Source: Synergistales bacterium
GTDB taxonomy: Bacteria; Synergistota; Synergistia; Synergistales; JAFGMB01
Assembly: GCA_963666205.1 (NCBI GenBank)
Contig: OY762654.1
Location: 128,001 to 192,000, forward strand
Length of the DNA stretch: 64,000 bases
Direction: 5' to 3'
A program made the translations under genes and the position numbers. The notes below the pieces were generated by a model. It had not been told where the DNA came from, ran no database searches, and saw only the letters and a list, made by a program, of their open reading frames with translations. Shown piece by piece: positions 52,544-63,939 of this stretch; positions within the stretch are counted from its first letter, which is position 1, and each line of letters begins with the position of its first letter.

Positions 52544-53788
52544 TTAGTGCAGAATATCTTTCAGATGCAAAAGATGCCCCATCTTTTCCTTTTTTGACTG
52601 CAGATAAAAGGCATTATATTCATTAGGATCGATCTCAATAGGAATACGTTCTGTTATTTCCAGACCATATCCCTGTAGTCCAACTATTTTTCTTGGATTG
52701 TTTGTGATCAGTTTTATCGTCTTAATCCCCAGATCGGAAAGTATCTGGGCACCTATACCGTAATCACGTAGATCATCCTCATGACCTAAAGCTACATTCG
52801 CTTCGACTGTATCAAGACCCTCTTCCTGAAGTTTATAAGCCTTGAGTTTTTCAAGAAGGCCGATACCCCTGCCTTCCTGTCTCATGTAAAGAAGTACACC
52901 CTGACCCTCGCTTTCGATCATTTGCATGGCCTTGTGAAGTTGTGGCCCACAGTCACATCTCAATGATCCGAAAACATCCCCTGTAAGGCATTCAGAATGT
53001 ACCCTGACCAGGACCTCATCCTTGTTGTGCACATCTCCTTTCACAAGAGCAATATGCAATCTGTCCTGAACATCTTCAAGAATAGCCCTGTAAGCATGGG
53101 CTATAAAAATACCATAGCTGGTAGGTAGCTTGACAGTTGCTTCTTTGATTACAAGTTTTTCCTGTGAAGAACGAAATGCTATCAGATCTTCTATTGTAAC
53201 TATTTTCAGGTCATGATTTCTGGCAAATTCCAGCAGATCAGGGAGCCTGGCCATGGACCCATCATCGTTCATTATTTCGCAGATAACTGCAGCAGGCTGA
53301 AGATCTGCAAGTCTCAATAGATCAGTGGCCGCTTCCGTATGGCCAGCCCTCTTGAGAACTCCTCCATTTCTTGCAATAAGAGGAAACATATGCCCAGGTC
53401 TCACAAAATCTTCAGGTGCAGCTTCGGGATCAGCAAGAAGCCTGGCAGTCATACTTCTTTCTGCGGCAGATATCCCGGTAGTTGTTCCATTTTTGGCATC
53501 AACTGATACAGTAAACGCTGTACAGTGTTTTTCCGTATTATTTAATACCATTAATTCAAGGTCTATCTGTTTTGCTCTATCTTCTGAAATGGGGACGCAT
53601 ATAAGTCCTCTCGCATACCGTGTCATGAAATTAATATCTTCTCTGGTAGCCATTTGGGCAGCCATAACAAGGTCACCCTCGTTTTCGCGACATCGGTCAT
53701 CTACCACTATGACCATTTTCCCTTCCTTAATGTCTTCTATAGCTTCATCGATCGTATTCAGATGTTCATCATAATGATCGCATGTCAT
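52544..53788 (-). CDS. ribBA: Bifunctional DHBP synthase/GTP cyclohydrolase II
   Basis: [22 protein letters not shown] and RCDCG; start reassigned to ATG 53788. Confidence 0.95.
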   Translation of the reverse strand: MTCDHYDEHLNTIDEAIEDIKEGKMVIVVDDRCRENEGDLVMAAQMATREDINFMTRYARGLICVPISEDRAKQIDLELMVLNNTEKHCTAFTVSVDAKNGTTTGISAAERSMTARLLADPEAAPEDFVRPGHMFPLIARNGGVLKRAGHTEAATDLLRLADLQPAAVICEIMNDDGSMARLPDLLEFARNHDLKIVTIEDLIAFRSSQEKLVIKEATVKLPTSYGIFIAHAYRAILEDVQDRLHIALVKGDVHNKDEVLVRVHSECLTGDVFGSLRCDCGPQLHKAMQMIESEGQGVLLYMRQEGRGIGLLEKLKAYKLQEEGLDTVEANVALGHEDDLRDYGIGAQILSDLGIKTIKLITNNPRKIVGLQGYGLEITERIPIEIDPNEYNAFYLQSKKEKMGHLLHLKDILH

Positions 53789-53810
53789 CGTTGTTTTCGC
53801 CTCCGAATAT

Positions 53811-54476
53811 TTAACTGGAAGTCCAACCTGACCCGGCAAGGGTATCCCAGGTAAGACCTGCCGTCCTTTTCACGCTATTGTCATTTCCCCTTAATGAAAG
53901 GAATCTCTGGACATATTTACCGAGTATATCACTTTCAATATTAACCGCATCACCCTTCGCAGCAAATCCAAGGGTAGTATTTTTAAGGGTTGCAGGGATA
54001 ATGCCAACGGAAAAAGATGTTTCGCTTACATCAATGATGGTGAGACTTATTCCGTCCACAGCAACTGACCCCTTGGGAACTATTTGTGCAAGAATCGCAG
54101 GATCTGCCGAGATACTTATCTCGGCAGATCGTCCTCTGGATTGCAGGTTTCTGATTATTCCTATCCCGTCAATATGACCAGTTACGAGATGGCCATCCAG
54201 CCTGGATCCAGTCTGGAGAGCCCTCTCAATATTAACCCTACTTCCAGCGGAAAGTCTTCCCAGCGTTGTTTTAGCTGCAGTTTCAGGTATCATCTCAACC
54301 AGGAAAGACCGATGGTCAAGAGCAGTTATGGTAAGGCAGGCTCCTGAAACTGATATAGACTGCCCATGGTAAAGGTCTTTTAATATCTCTGGAGCCAGTA
54401 TCTTTATCTGGACAATATCCTGGCTCTTTCCTAGTGAGATGACACTTCCAGTAGTTTCTATCAATCCTGTGAACAT
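53811..54476 (-). CDS. ribE: Riboflavin synthase
   Basis: MFTGLIE, GACLT, GHLVTGH.D and DGISLT. Confidence 0.96.
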   Translation of the reverse strand: MFTGLIETTGSVISLGKSQDIVQIKILAPEILKDLYHGQSISVSGACLTITALDHRSFLVEMIPETAAKTTLGRLSAGSRVNIERALQTGSRLDGHLVTGHIDGIGIIRNLQSRGRSAEISISADPAILAQIVPKGSVAVDGISLTIIDVSETSFSVGIIPATLKNTTLGFAAKGDAVNIESDILGKYVQRFLSLRGNDNSVKRTAGLTWDTLAGSGWTSS

Positions 54477-55555
54477 GAGACCCTTCCTTCCAACATCAGG
54501 TCTTTTCCTATCCGACTTATTCTAACATTTCTGACAGGGATTGTACTTTCCATACACTGAAATATTATTCCATCTGCAATTGCTTTACCCTGACCCATTA
54601 TTCGGGGAGAGATAAAGAGAACAATTTCATTTACCAGGCCATCTTTAAGAAATGAAGAAATAAGGGTAGGCCCTCCTTCTACCAGTAGATAATTGATAGC
54701 TCTTGCCGATAGATCAGATATAATCTTTTTCAGGCTAAGGCTCTTGCCTTCATTACTGGCGTTGCGAAGTTCTGTCCCTGCAGGATATTCTGCCATGCAA
54801 CGGGTCAATTCAGTCTCTGTCAATTGCGTATAAACAAGGGTGTGACCATTTTCAAATACCTTCGCTGTTGGAGGGATCTCGAGTCTGGGGTCGAGGATAA
54901 CTTTCAGCGGGGATCTACCAAAGCTTGATCTGACATTTAACCTGGGATCATCCTCTAAAATCGTTTTTGTCCCAACCATTATTGCGTCGTTTTCAGATCG
55001 CAACAGGTGGGCAATTCTCCTTGACCAGGGGGTGGTTATCCACTTGCTTTCACCGTTCGAAAGACACAGCTTACCGTCCAGACCCGTTGCTGCTTTTAAT
55101 GTAATCCAGGGTTTATGTTCTCTTATCCTGCTGAAAAAACCTCTGTTTAACCATTCACATTCATTTTTAAGAATTCCATGGATTACTTCTGCTTTCCCTT
55201 TTCTTAGAATGTCAACGCCTTTTCCATTCACCAGAGGGTTGGGATCAAGACTTCCTATCACTACCCTCTTTATACCTGCTTCAATAAGTCTTGGGGCACA
55301 TGGAGGAGTCTTGCCATAATGGGAACAGGGTTCAAGTGTCACATAAGCCGTAGAATCTCTTGCTTCAGTCCCTGCATCTTTCAAGGCCATTATCTCTGCA
55401 TGATCCCCACCAAAGACACGGTGATAGCCTTTCCCGACCACGCATCCATTCTTAACAAGAACGCAACCGACCATGGGATTCGATAACGTGTCTTTATTTC
55501 CACGAAGAGCGAGGCTTATGGCAAGATGCATATAGTATTCATCATTCCTGCTCAT
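54461..55555 (-). CDS. ribD: Riboflavin biosynthesis deaminase/reductase RibD
   Basis: NPMVG, HAE, EPCSHYGKTPPC and VEGG; start 55555 or 55567. Confidence 0.95.
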   Translation of the reverse strand: MSRNDEYYMHLAISLALRGNKDTLSNPMVGCVLVKNGCVVGKGYHRVFGGDHAEIMALKDAGTEARDSTAYVTLEPCSHYGKTPPCAPRLIEAGIKRVVIGSLDPNPLVNGKGVDILRKGKAEVIHGILKNECEWLNRGFFSRIREHKPWITLKAATGLDGKLCLSNGESKWITTPWSRRIAHLLRSENDAIMVGTKTILEDDPRLNVRSSFGRSPLKVILDPRLEIPPTAKVFENGHTLVYTQLTETELTRCMAEYPAGTELRNASNEGKSLSLKKIISDLSARAINYLLVEGGPTLISSFLKDGLVNEIVLFISPRIMGQGKAIADGIIFQCMESTIPVRNVRISRIGKDLMLEGRVSCSQD

Positions 55556-57014
55556 GTTTCGTATCATCGCCTTCCTTCAGGTAGCGCAATATAGTCTCAG
55601 CAAGAATAGGACCTATTCCCTTTATCCTGGTTAACTGTTCTTTCGATTGATTCATCAGATTCCGGACACTTCCAAATTCGGACAGGAGCAATGCAGCGAC
55701 ATGTCTGCCCACTCCCGGTATTTCAAGGAGAACGGTCCGGCTCAATCTTCTGATCCTTCTGGAACGATGGGTATCGATGGCAAACCTGTGCGACTCATTC
55801 CTAATTCTTTGTAGAAGCCGGAGTACTTCACTTTCAGCAGGAAGTTTCAATGGATCCTTTTTGCCAGGAAGATAGATCTCTTCCTCCCTTTTGGCAAGTG
55901 ATATTACAGCAAGATCGTTAATTGATAGTTCATGTAAAGCATCAAGGGCAAAACTTAGCTGTATGGGTCCTCCGTCAATCAGAACGAGTTGAGGAAAAGG
56001 TTCATCTCCCTGCAGGCATCGATTATACCTTCTTTTAACAAGCTCGTGTATAGATCTGAAATCATCGACACCCTCTGTTTCCTGGATCTTGAATCGCCGA
56101 TAGAGGGAGGGGTTTGGAAGACCCTGTTCAAATACGACTGCAACCCCATACGTTTCCTTCCCTGATGTGTGGGAAATATCAAAACCGTCAATCCTCCAGG
56201 GGATAGTCTTTAGTGAAAGCATTTTCTGCAAATCACTCAGGATCTGCCACGTATCCATATCAAGATCCACGGACATTGCTGCAGAAATCTTTCTTCTATT
56301 CATCTTCCAGATAGCCCTTATGCTATCCCTATGATGTGCTGCTTCCTCGAAAGCCATTGCTCTTGCTGCACTTTCCATGCGTTTTCTCAATCGGTCGATA
56401 AGGTCCGCCGACTGCCCCTTAAGAAGGAGAATAACATCATCTGTTCGTTCTCTATATTCTGAATATGTGCATTTTAAGCAGCAGGGACCAAGACATCGTC
56501 CTATTTCATAGTTAAGACAGGGTCTGGAATTGATAGCAAGATCAAAGTTCTTGTGACATGATCTGAGAGGGAAATATCTCTGTACCATTCTTAGAAGGTT
56601 CCGTATTTCTCCGGCAGACACAAATGGTCCAATATAAGTGGCCCCATCATTTTCTCTGTGTCTTGTAATTATCATTCTGGGGAATCTTTCATCTGTTATT
56701 TTCACAAAGGGATATCGATCACCCATTTTAAGTTCAACATTATAAAAAGGCTTGTATTTCTTGATCAGTTTGGCTTCAACTATAAGTGCTTCGGCTTCAC
56801 TTTCAGTTCGAATAAACGTTATGTCATCTATTGCATTGACAAGGTGCCTCAATCTGGGGGAAGCAAAAGACTTGTGTCGAAAATATGAAGAAACTCTCTT
56901 TTTCAGGAATTTGGCTTTCCCGACATATATTACTTTTCCTTCTTCATCGTGCATTATATAGACACCTGGTTTTAACGGAAAATCTTTTATCTTGTTCTGA
57001 AGGTTGCCTGACAA
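55542..57014 (-). CDS. uvrC: Excinuclease ABC subunit C (short form)
   Basis: PGVY...YVGKA GIY-YIG, Cys cluster, FEEAA UVR domain, FDISH, IDGG, R.ESHRFA, HhH. Confidence 0.93.
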   Translation of the reverse strand: MSGNLQNKIKDFPLKPGVYIMHDEEGKVIYVGKAKFLKKRVSSYFRHKSFASPRLRHLVNAIDDITFIRTESEAEALIVEAKLIKKYKPFYNVELKMGDRYPFVKITDERFPRMIITRHRENDGATYIGPFVSAGEIRNLLRMVQRYFPLRSCHKNFDLAINSRPCLNYEIGRCLGPCCLKCTYSEYRERTDDVILLLKGQSADLIDRLRKRMESAARAMAFEEAAHHRDSIRAIWKMNRRKISAAMSVDLDMDTWQILSDLQKMLSLKTIPWRIDGFDISHTSGKETYGVAVVFEQGLPNPSLYRRFKIQETEGVDDFRSIHELVKRRYNRCLQGDEPFPQLVLIDGGPIQLSFALDALHELSINDLAVISLAKREEEIYLPGKKDPLKLPAESEVLRLLQRIRNESHRFAIDTHRSRRIRRLSRTVLLEIPGVGRHVAALLLSEFGSVRNLMNQSKEQLTRIKGIGPILAETILRYLKEGDDTKHEQE

Positions 57015-57047
57015 ATTAATTCAATCCACCTTGTGATGTAAAAAGAT

Positions 57048-57076
57048 TTGACGGGAGCTTCAAGCTGCGCTAGATT
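57048..57076 (+). promoter_or_regulatory. Putative cysS promoter
   Basis: TTGACG-17 nt-TAGATT. Confidence 0.6.
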
Positions 57077-57134
57077 TGCAATGTAGCCTTTAACAAGACC
57101 CAGCAGTAATTAACTTTTTACAGGAGGTGCTCCC

Positions 57135-58547
57135 ATGAGTCTGAAACTATATAATGATCTTACCAGAAAAAAAGAACCCTTCGTTCCCATAGCTCCCGGA
57201 AAAGTCACTTTTTACAGTTGTGGCCCGACGGTTTATGATTATTTCCATATAGGGAATTCTAGACCCTTTATTGTTTTCGATGTACTCCGTCGATATCTTG
57301 AAAGCAAAAACCTTGAGGTTACTTTTGTCCAGAATTTCACCGATATTGATGACAAAATGATAAACCGGGCCAATGATCTGGGAATTACAGTGAATGAACT
57401 TGCTGAAAAAACCATCCAGGATTATTTCGAAGATGCAGATGCACTTGGAATAAGAAGGGCTACCCACTATCCCCGGGCTACCGACCATATTGAAAATATC
57501 ATATCCATGGTAGTGACATTGATCGAGAAAGGCCATGCTTACGAAGTTGATGGCGATGTCTATTTCGAGGTAAGCACTTTCCCCGAGTATGGCAAACTGT
57601 CAAAGCAGACAATTGACGAATTGCAGTCAGGGGCAAGGATTAATGTGGATGAAAGGAAAAAACACCCCCTTGACTTTGCTCTCTGGAAAAGCCACAAGCC
57701 TGGCGAACCCTCCTGGGAAAGTCCATGGGGAAAAGGAAGACCTGGTTGGCATATTGAATGCAGTGCCATGTCCATGAAATACCTTGGAGAAACCATTGAC
57801 ATCCATTCAGGTGGCTGTGACCTCACTTTTCCCCATCATGAGAATGAGATAGCTCAGGCTGAAGCCGCTACTGGCAAGGAGTTCGTCCGTTATTGGATAC
57901 ACAATGGATATCTTCTCATAGACAAGGAAAAGATGTCTAAATCCCTTGGTAATTTCCTTACCGCAAGAGCAGCAAGGCTGAAGTTCTCCCCCCTTGCCAT
58001 AAGGCTCTTTATGCTGAGTGCCCATTACAGATCTCCCATTAATTTTTCGGAAGAAACCCTTGAACAGGCCAAGGCTGCCGTAGAACGACTGTTAAACTGC
58101 TGGTCAGATCTCCAGCATGCCAGAATACACAGAGATCTTTGCGCATCAGACCATAGCGGGCAGATCCAGGCCATTGAAAGATTGTTCGACAGTTTTATCG
58201 AAGATATGGACGATGATTTTAACACAGCAGGAGCGTTGGGTTCGGTTTTTGAAGTTGTCAGATTTACAAATAACTACCTCAAGGATAACCAGGTTCTCTC
58301 TGTTGATGTTCTAGACACCATAGAATCATTTTTTAAAAGGATAGATGATGTAATGGGAATCATGGGTTTAAACGATAGTGAGCAACATGAAGATTCGATT
58401 GAAATAGAAAGATTGATCTCCGAAAGAAATCAGGCTAGAAAAGATCGAAACTATTCAAGGGCTGATCAGATAAGAGATGAACTTGCCGACAGGGGAATAA
58501 TTCTTGAAGACACCCCTGAAGGTACCAAGTGGAAAATTCAGATCTAG
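57135..58547 (+). CDS. cysS: Cysteine--tRNA ligase
   Basis: CGPTVY..HIGN, PGWHIEC, FPHHENE and KMSKS. Confidence 0.97.
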   Translation: MSLKLYNDLTRKKEPFVPIAPGKVTFYSCGPTVYDYFHIGNSRPFIVFDVLRRYLESKNLEVTFVQNFTDIDDKMINRANDLGITVNELAEKTIQDYFEDADALGIRRATHYPRATDHIENIISMVVTLIEKGHAYEVDGDVYFEVSTFPEYGKLSKQTIDELQSGARINVDERKKHPLDFALWKSHKPGEPSWESPWGKGRPGWHIECSAMSMKYLGETIDIHSGGCDLTFPHHENEIAQAEAATGKEFVRYWIHNGYLLIDKEKMSKSLGNFLTARAARLKFSPLAIRLFMLSAHYRSPINFSEETLEQAKAAVERLLNCWSDLQHARIHRDLCASDHSGQIQAIERLFDSFIEDMDDDFNTAGALGSVFEVVRFTNNYLKDNQVLSVDVLDTIESFFKRIDDVMGIMGLNDSEQHEDSIEIERLISERNQARKDRNYSRADQIRDELADRGIILEDTPEGTKWKIQI

Positions 58548-58558
58548 AAGGCTCTCAG

Positions 58559-58599
58559 AAAAAAACAACAGGCAGATACTATCTGCCTGTTGTTTTTTT
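58559..58599. terminator. Bidirectional terminator between cysS and queT
   Basis: Perfect 20-bp arms aaaaaaacaacaggcagata-c-tatctgcctgttgttttttt. Confidence 0.85.
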
Positions 58600-59070
58600 G
58601 CCCAGATGTTTCTGTATCACCCATATTAAAGGTATGCCCAGACCGAAACATGCTCCTGCCTGCCCCACTGCAATATAAAGGGATGTGGGGAGGAAAGGAA
58701 GATCCAGCATCAGAGACAGGTAGGCTCCTACTATTACCATATTTACAATAACAGGCGGTACCGCAGCTAAAAACAGATTTGGCATCTTTCTTGTCATAAT
58801 CGCTGCGACAAGAGTGGCAAGACTCCCAAAAACCACATCAATTATTCCAAATCCGCCGATCATATTTGCCAGAAGACATCCTATGAACAACCCGGGAACA
58901 GCTTCGACCCAGAGATATGGCAGCAGCGTAAGGCTTTCTGCTATTCGAATCTGAACAGGACCATAAGATATAGGGGCAAATACCACTACAAGAACACAGT
59001 ACACACTCCCGATAAGAGCTGCCTTTACAAGGGATTTTGTATTGAACAGATCCTTACCCCATACTTTCAT
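58579..59070 (-). CDS. queT: QueT-family transporter (ECF S-component-like)
   Basis: APISYGPVQIRIAE, GLFIGCLLAN and DVVFGSLATL. Confidence 0.85.
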   Translation of the reverse strand: MKVWGKDLFNTKSLVKAALIGSVYCVLVVVFAPISYGPVQIRIAESLTLLPYLWVEAVPGLFIGCLLANMIGGFGIIDVVFGSLATLVAAIMTRKMPNLFLAAVPPVIVNMVIVGAYLSLMLDLPFLPTSLYIAVGQAGACFGLGIPLIWVIQKHLGKKTTGR

Positions 59071-59195
59071 TTCAGATAATCATTCCTTCCTGTTCCAACA
59101 TCCAGTCTCAGCATGTCATTTTATCCCTAAATATCGTTATGTGAAAGATAGGTTCTAAAATTATCCTTTCTCCCTAAATGATTTTCACATTACAC

Positions 59196-59247
59196 TTGAC
59201 TGACCAGATCTGACCATTATAATTATCTAGTGTCAGTATTGGTCAGA
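59196..59247 (+). promoter_or_regulatory. clpB promoter with two CtsR-like tandem heptad boxes
   Basis: TTGACT-16 nt-TATAAT. GGTCAGA-N3-GGTCAGT on the minus strand (59199-59215) and TGTCAGT-N3-GGTCAGA on the plus strand (59231-59247). Confidence 0.7.
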
Positions 59248-59286
59248 CTAAACTGCCAGTTAATTGATGGCAAAATGGAGGTACCC

Positions 59287-61902
59287 ATGGACATAAACAG
59301 ATTCACACAAAAATCACAAGAGGCAATTTCTGATGCACAGGATATTGCCATGAGGAACGGTCAGCAGGAAGTTGATTCTATCCACCTGTTAGCAGCCCTT
59401 CTAGAGCAGCAGGATGGCCTTATATTGTCGCTGGTCAAAAGAATGAAGATATCAGAAAATGACCTGTTAACCTCACTCCATAGAGAACTTGATAAAAAAC
59501 CCAAGGTTTCAGGTCCCGGAGTCGAACCAGGGAAGATCATTGTTTCACCCAGGATCTCCAGGATCATGTTGCAGGCTAATGATATTGCGACAAGGATGAG
59601 AGACGAATATGTTTCCGTTGAACACCTGTTTCTTGCACTTATGGACGATGACTCCGGTTCTTCAACAGCCCATATCATAAAAACATCCGGTATTACAAGA
59701 GACCTTTTCCTTAAGGCTCTTACTGAGGTCAGAGGAAACCAGAGAGTACAGAGTCCCAATCCGGAAAACACATATGATGCCCTTGAGCGATATGGAAGGG
59801 ATCTGGTCAATCTTGCCAGGAAAGGCAAACTTGATCCTGTAATAGGACGCGATGAAGAGATCAGAAGGGTTATCCGGATCCTCAGCAGAAAGACAAAAAA
59901 TAACCCTGTCCTAATCGGTGAACCAGGTGTAGGTAAAACTGCTATCGCAGAGGGTCTGGCACAACGGATTGTAAGAGGGGATGTTCCGGAAGGACTTAAG
60001 AATAAAACCCTATTTGCTCTTGATATTGGATCTTTGCTTGCAGGAGCCAAGTACAGGGGAGAGTTCGAGGAACGAGTCAAGGCAGTCCTGGATGAAATCA
60101 AACATAGTGAAGGGAAAATAATCCTTTTTGTGGATGAATTACACAACATAGTAGGAGCAGGAAAAGCTGAAGGGGCTATTGACGCAGGGAATATGCTTAA
60201 ACCAATGCTTGCTCGGGGTGAACTTCACTGTATCGGTGCTACAACCCTGGATGAATACAGAGAATATATAGAAAAAGATGCAGCCCTTGAAAGACGTTTC
60301 CAGGTCATATTGGTCGAGGAACCTAGTGTTGAAGATACCATTTCAATACTGAGAGGTCTTAAGGATCGCTTTCAGATCCATCATGGTGTCAGAATAAAGG
60401 ACAATGCTATAGTGAGTGCCGCTATCCTGTCCAACAGATATATTACGAGCAGGTATCTACCAGATAAGGCCATCGATCTCATTGATGAAGCGTGCGCCAT
60501 GCTCAGAACTGAAATAGATTCCATGCCTTCTGAACTGGATGCACGGACAAGAAAAGTTATGCAGCTGGAGATCGAAGAAGCAGCTTTGAAGAAAGAGAAC
60601 GATAGTGCCAGTATCGAGAGACTTAAAAAGGTACAGATAGAACTTCATAACACCCGGACGGATGCTGAAGCTCTTAAAGCCAGATACGATAATGAGAAAA
60701 ATATCATATCCAGAGTTCGTGAACTCCGGGAAAAAATAGAGACTGTAAAACATGGTATTGAAAAAGCCGAACGTGAATATGATCTTAACCGGGCAGCGGA
60801 ACTTAAACACGGCGAAATGCCCCGATTACAGGATGAACTTCGACACGCGGAAGATGAACAGAATCAATACAGATCAGCTACATCTCCTCTACTGAGGGAA
60901 GATGTCACCGAAAATGAGATTTCTGAAATTGTCAGTAAGTGGACCGGGATACCTGTTTCGAAGATCATGGAAGGGGAAAGAGAAAAACTACTGAACCTTG
61001 ACAAGATACTCCATGAGAGAGTTATCGGACAGGATGATGCAGTCCAGCTGGTTTCAGATGCCGTTATCAGAGCAAGAGCCGGGATAAAAGATCCCAACAG
61101 ACCAATAGGGTCTTTTATTTTCCTTGGACCAACAGGAGTCGGGAAGACGGAACTTGCCAGATCTCTTGCCGAAGCTCTCTTCGATTCTGAAGAAAATATA
61201 ATCAGGATAGATATGTCTGAATATATGGAAAAACATTCCGTTTCACGATTAATTGGTGCACCTCCTGGATACATAGGATACGAAGAGGGTGGACAACTGA
61301 CTGAAGCTGTAAGAAGAAAACCCTTTTCCGTCGTCCTTTTCGATGAGGTAGAGAAGGCTCACCATGATGTATTTAATATATTACTTCAGGTCCTTGATGA
61401 TGGTAGGATTACTGATAACCATGGACGTACGGTGGATTTTAAAAATGTTGTAGTAATAATGACAAGTAACATAGGATCAGAATATCTTACCGAAGGAATC
61501 TCAGCTTCAGGCGAGATCCAGCCGGAGATCAGAGAAGGGATAATGAGCCAAATGCGGCAGTATTTCAGACCGGAGTTTCTTAACAGGGTCGACGATATAG
61601 TTATATTCAAACCCCTGACTCTGGATGAAATAAAGCAGATAGTTTTAATATTGATAAACCGGCTGGCCTCCAGGCTTGAAGAACAGAATATGGACATCCA
61701 GGTTGATGACAATGCCCTGGATCTGATCGCAAAAAATGGTTATGACCCGGTATTCGGTGCTCGACCCCTTAAAAGACTACTCGTCCATGAAGTTGAAAAC
61801 AGGGTGGCAAGGGCAATAATTGAGGGAAAAATAACAGAAGGAACAAGGATCTACGTTAACGTTAAAGATGGACACATAAACATTGCAACTGAGAACCATT
61901 GA
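59287..61902 (+). CDS. clpB: ATP-dependent chaperone ClpB
   Basis: Two AAA+ modules ([16 protein letters not shown]) and a long middle coiled coil; ATG 59287 behind GGAGG. Confidence 0.96.
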   Translation: MDINRFTQKSQEAISDAQDIAMRNGQQEVDSIHLLAALLEQQDGLILSLVKRMKISENDLLTSLHRELDKKPKVSGPGVEPGKIIVSPRISRIMLQANDIATRMRDEYVSVEHLFLALMDDDSGSSTAHIIKTSGITRDLFLKALTEVRGNQRVQSPNPENTYDALERYGRDLVNLARKGKLDPVIGRDEEIRRVIRILSRKTKNNPVLIGEPGVGKTAIAEGLAQRIVRGDVPEGLKNKTLFALDIGSLLAGAKYRGEFEERVKAVLDEIKHSEGKIILFVDELHNIVGAGKAEGAIDAGNMLKPMLARGELHCIGATTLDEYREYIEKDAALERRFQVILVEEPSVEDTISILRGLKDRFQIHHGVRIKDNAIVSAAILSNRYITSRYLPDKAIDLIDEACAMLRTEIDSMPSELDARTRKVMQLEIEEAALKKENDSASIERLKKVQIELHNTRTDAEALKARYDNEKNIISRVRELREKIETVKHGIEKAEREYDLNRAAELKHGEMPRLQDELRHAEDEQNQYRSATSPLLREDVTENEISEIVSKWTGIPVSKIMEGEREKLLNLDKILHERVIGQDDAVQLVSDAVIRARAGIKDPNRPIGSFIFLGPTGVGKTELARSLAEALFDSEENIIRIDMSEYMEKHSVSRLIGAPPGYIGYEEGGQLTEAVRRKPFSVVLFDEVEKAHHDVFNILLQVLDDGRITDNHGRTVDFKNVVVIMTSNIGSEYLTEGISASGEIQPEIREGIMSQMRQYFRPEFLNRVDDIVIFKPLTLDEIKQIVLILINRLASRLEEQNMDIQVDDNALDLIAKNGYDPVFGARPLKRLLVHEVENRVARAIIEGKITEGTRIYVNVKDGHINIATENH

Positions 61903-61906
61903 TGAT

Positions 61907-61930
61907 CAGGGGGGTATGAGCACCCCCCTG
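61907..61930. terminator. Hairpin between convergent clpB and ABC permease
   Basis: caggggggt-atgagc-acccccctg; U-tracts are weak. Confidence 0.55.
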
Positions 61931-61934
61931 CCTT

Positions 61935-62876
61935 CTATTCACGTTCTTCCCTGTAGAAAGGCTGTCCCAGGGACGCAGGAGCTCCGAAAAGCAATCCCTT
62001 TCCCTTTCTTACAGAGATGACGACAAGGACTATGATGGTTAGAACGTAGGGAAGCATCAGGAGCAATGGAGTCGGAATAGTGGTACCTGCAGCCTGAAGT
62101 CTGAGTTGAAAGGCTTCAACACCACCAAAAAGATAAGCACCAAAAGCAGCTCTCAAAGGGTGCCATATGGCAAAAATAACGAGAGCAACCGCTATCCACC
62201 CTCTCCCGGCTGTCATGAGATCCCCCCACATCTTGGTATAGGCTACAGACATGTAGGCTCCACCTACAGCAACGATCCCGCCACCTATCAGGGTATATAT
62301 ATACCGTACCCGTTTCACGTTAAGTCCGACCGAATCCGCTGTTCTGGGACTATCACCTATCGCCCTGAGATTCAACCCCTCCCTTGTCATTGAAAAGAAC
62401 CACCAGAGAAGGAAAACAAGTATATATGATATATATACCATAGCATCGTGGCTGAAGAGGATATCTCCGAGAAAGGGTATTTCTCCAAGGATGGGAACTG
62501 TGAATTTTTCAAGTCCTTCAATGGTTTCACCAATATAGCTTCTGCCTAGAAGGGAACTGGCACCAGTACCGATCATTGTCAATGCAAGTCCGCTAACAAC
62601 CTGGTTTGCACCCATTGTAATACAGAGGAAGGCATGTACTGTTGTTAACACAGCTCCCACAATGAACGCAGCAAGAATGCCCAGCCATGGACTTCCTGTA
62701 GAAAAAGTTACAGAAAAACCTGTAAATGCACCCATCAACATAAGACCTTCCAGTCCGAGGTTCATTACTCCGGATTTTTCAGTAAGAATCTCACCGAGGG
62801 TGGCATAGAGTATAGGAGTCCCACTGCGAACGGCAGCGGAAAGGATAGGCACCAGAATGTCCAGCAAATCAACCAT
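61935..62876 (-). CDS. Nucleoside/sugar ABC transporter permease
   Basis: EKSGVMNLGLEG, ANQVVSG, GRGWIAVA and MLPY; ATG 62876. Confidence 0.9.
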   Translation of the reverse strand: MVDLLDILVPILSAAVRSGTPILYATLGEILTEKSGVMNLGLEGLMLMGAFTGFSVTFSTGSPWLGILAAFIVGAVLTTVHAFLCITMGANQVVSGLALTMIGTGASSLLGRSYIGETIEGLEKFTVPILGEIPFLGDILFSHDAMVYISYILVFLLWWFFSMTREGLNLRAIGDSPRTADSVGLNVKRVRYIYTLIGGGIVAVGGAYMSVAYTKMWGDLMTAGRGWIAVALVIFAIWHPLRAAFGAYLFGGVEAFQLRLQAAGTTIPTPLLLMLPYVLTIIVLVVISVRKGKGLLFGAPASLGQPFYREERE

Positions 62877-63939
62877 CCTTCCTTGAAATGAATTGGATTC
62901 TGTATCTTCTGAAAAATTCTCCACCCAGAACGAAGAATAGGATAAGCCCCTGTATTACAAGGGTGCTTGATAAGGGAAGACGCATTACTATCTGCAGGGA
63001 GTCTCCCCCCACAAGTAATGCTCCCATAAGGAATGAGACAAAGAGGATTACAAGAGGATGAAGTCTTGCCAGCCAGGCTACAATTATTGCAGTATAACCG
63101 AAACTGGCGGAAAAACCATGTTGAAGTCTTCCCTGCAGGCCCGCAATTTCACACATTCCAGCTATTCCCGCTATAGCACCGGAAATAAACATCACAATAA
63201 CAACATTCTTAATGTAATCTATGCCAGCAAATCTGGCCGCCCTGGGATTTTCTCCGATGACCCTGATCTCATATCCCCACTTTGTCCATCCAATAAGCCA
63301 GTAGAAAAGAAAAGCAAATATAATGGCAATAAATATTCCCAGATGAACTCTGCTGTTCCCAAACTGCACCAATCTTGCTGCATCCGGGAATGGGGGTGTC
63401 ATGGGAAAACCAAGACTGGCTGGATCTCTCCAAGGGCCATAGACGAAGAAATCAACCAGGTGAATGGCAATATAATTCATCATAAGAGTGGTAATTATTT
63501 CATTTACCTGCCATCTGGCTTTGAGAAAACCGGCAACAGACGCCCAGAATCCTCCGGCAATCGCAGAAGACAGAAACATCAGGATGAACATTAATACCGG
63601 GTTATTTAGAGGGAGATATCTTACTATAGCTGCTGTTGCAAGGGCACCGATAAAGATCTGTCCTTCAGCTCCTATATTCCAGATCAGCATTTTGAAGGAT
63701 AGCATAACACCAATAGATGCCAGTGCCAGTGGTATCGCTTTTACCAGGGTCTCGCTGATACCATAGGTATCTCCCAGTGAAGAGACGATCATTTCGGAAT
63801 AAGCCCTTACAGGTGATACTCCAAGGAATCCCAGGAAAACACCTCCTGTCAACAGGGCCAGGGTTACAGCTGCTAAGGGGATAAAAAGATTTAGCCATAG
63901 AGGTAGATTAAGACGTTTCTCTATCTTAAGCATTTTCAT
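62869..63939 (-). CDS. Nucleoside/sugar ABC transporter permease
   Basis: WNIGAEGQ, NEIITTLMMNY and GYTAIIVAWL; ATG 63939. Confidence 0.9.
   Translation of the reverse strand: MKMLKIEKRLNLPLWLNLFIPLAAVTLALLTGGVFLGFLGVSPVRAYSEMIVSSLGDTYGISETLVKAIPLALASIGVMLSFKMLIWNIGAEGQIFIGALATAAIVRYLPLNNPVLMFILMFLSSAIAGGFWASVAGFLKARWQVNEIITTLMMNYIAIHLVDFFVYGPWRDPASLGFPMTPPFPDAARLVQFGNSRVHLGIFIAIIFAFLFYWLIGWTKWGYEIRVIGENPRAARFAGIDYIKNVVIVMFISGAIAGIAGMCEIAGLQGRLQHGFSASFGYTAIIVAWLARLHPLVILFVSFLMGALLVGGDSLQIVMRLPLSSTLVIQGLILFFVLGGEFFRRYRIQFISRKDG

Noticed and set aside
59148..59180. aggttcta...ccct resembling a preQ1-I aptamer
   Set aside because: On the wrong strand for queT and upstream of the clpB promoter.
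59361..60149. 262-aa antisense ORF inside clpB, and other antisense ORFs within conserved genes
   Set aside because: Typical antisense shadows of conserved coding sequence; no RBS or motifs.
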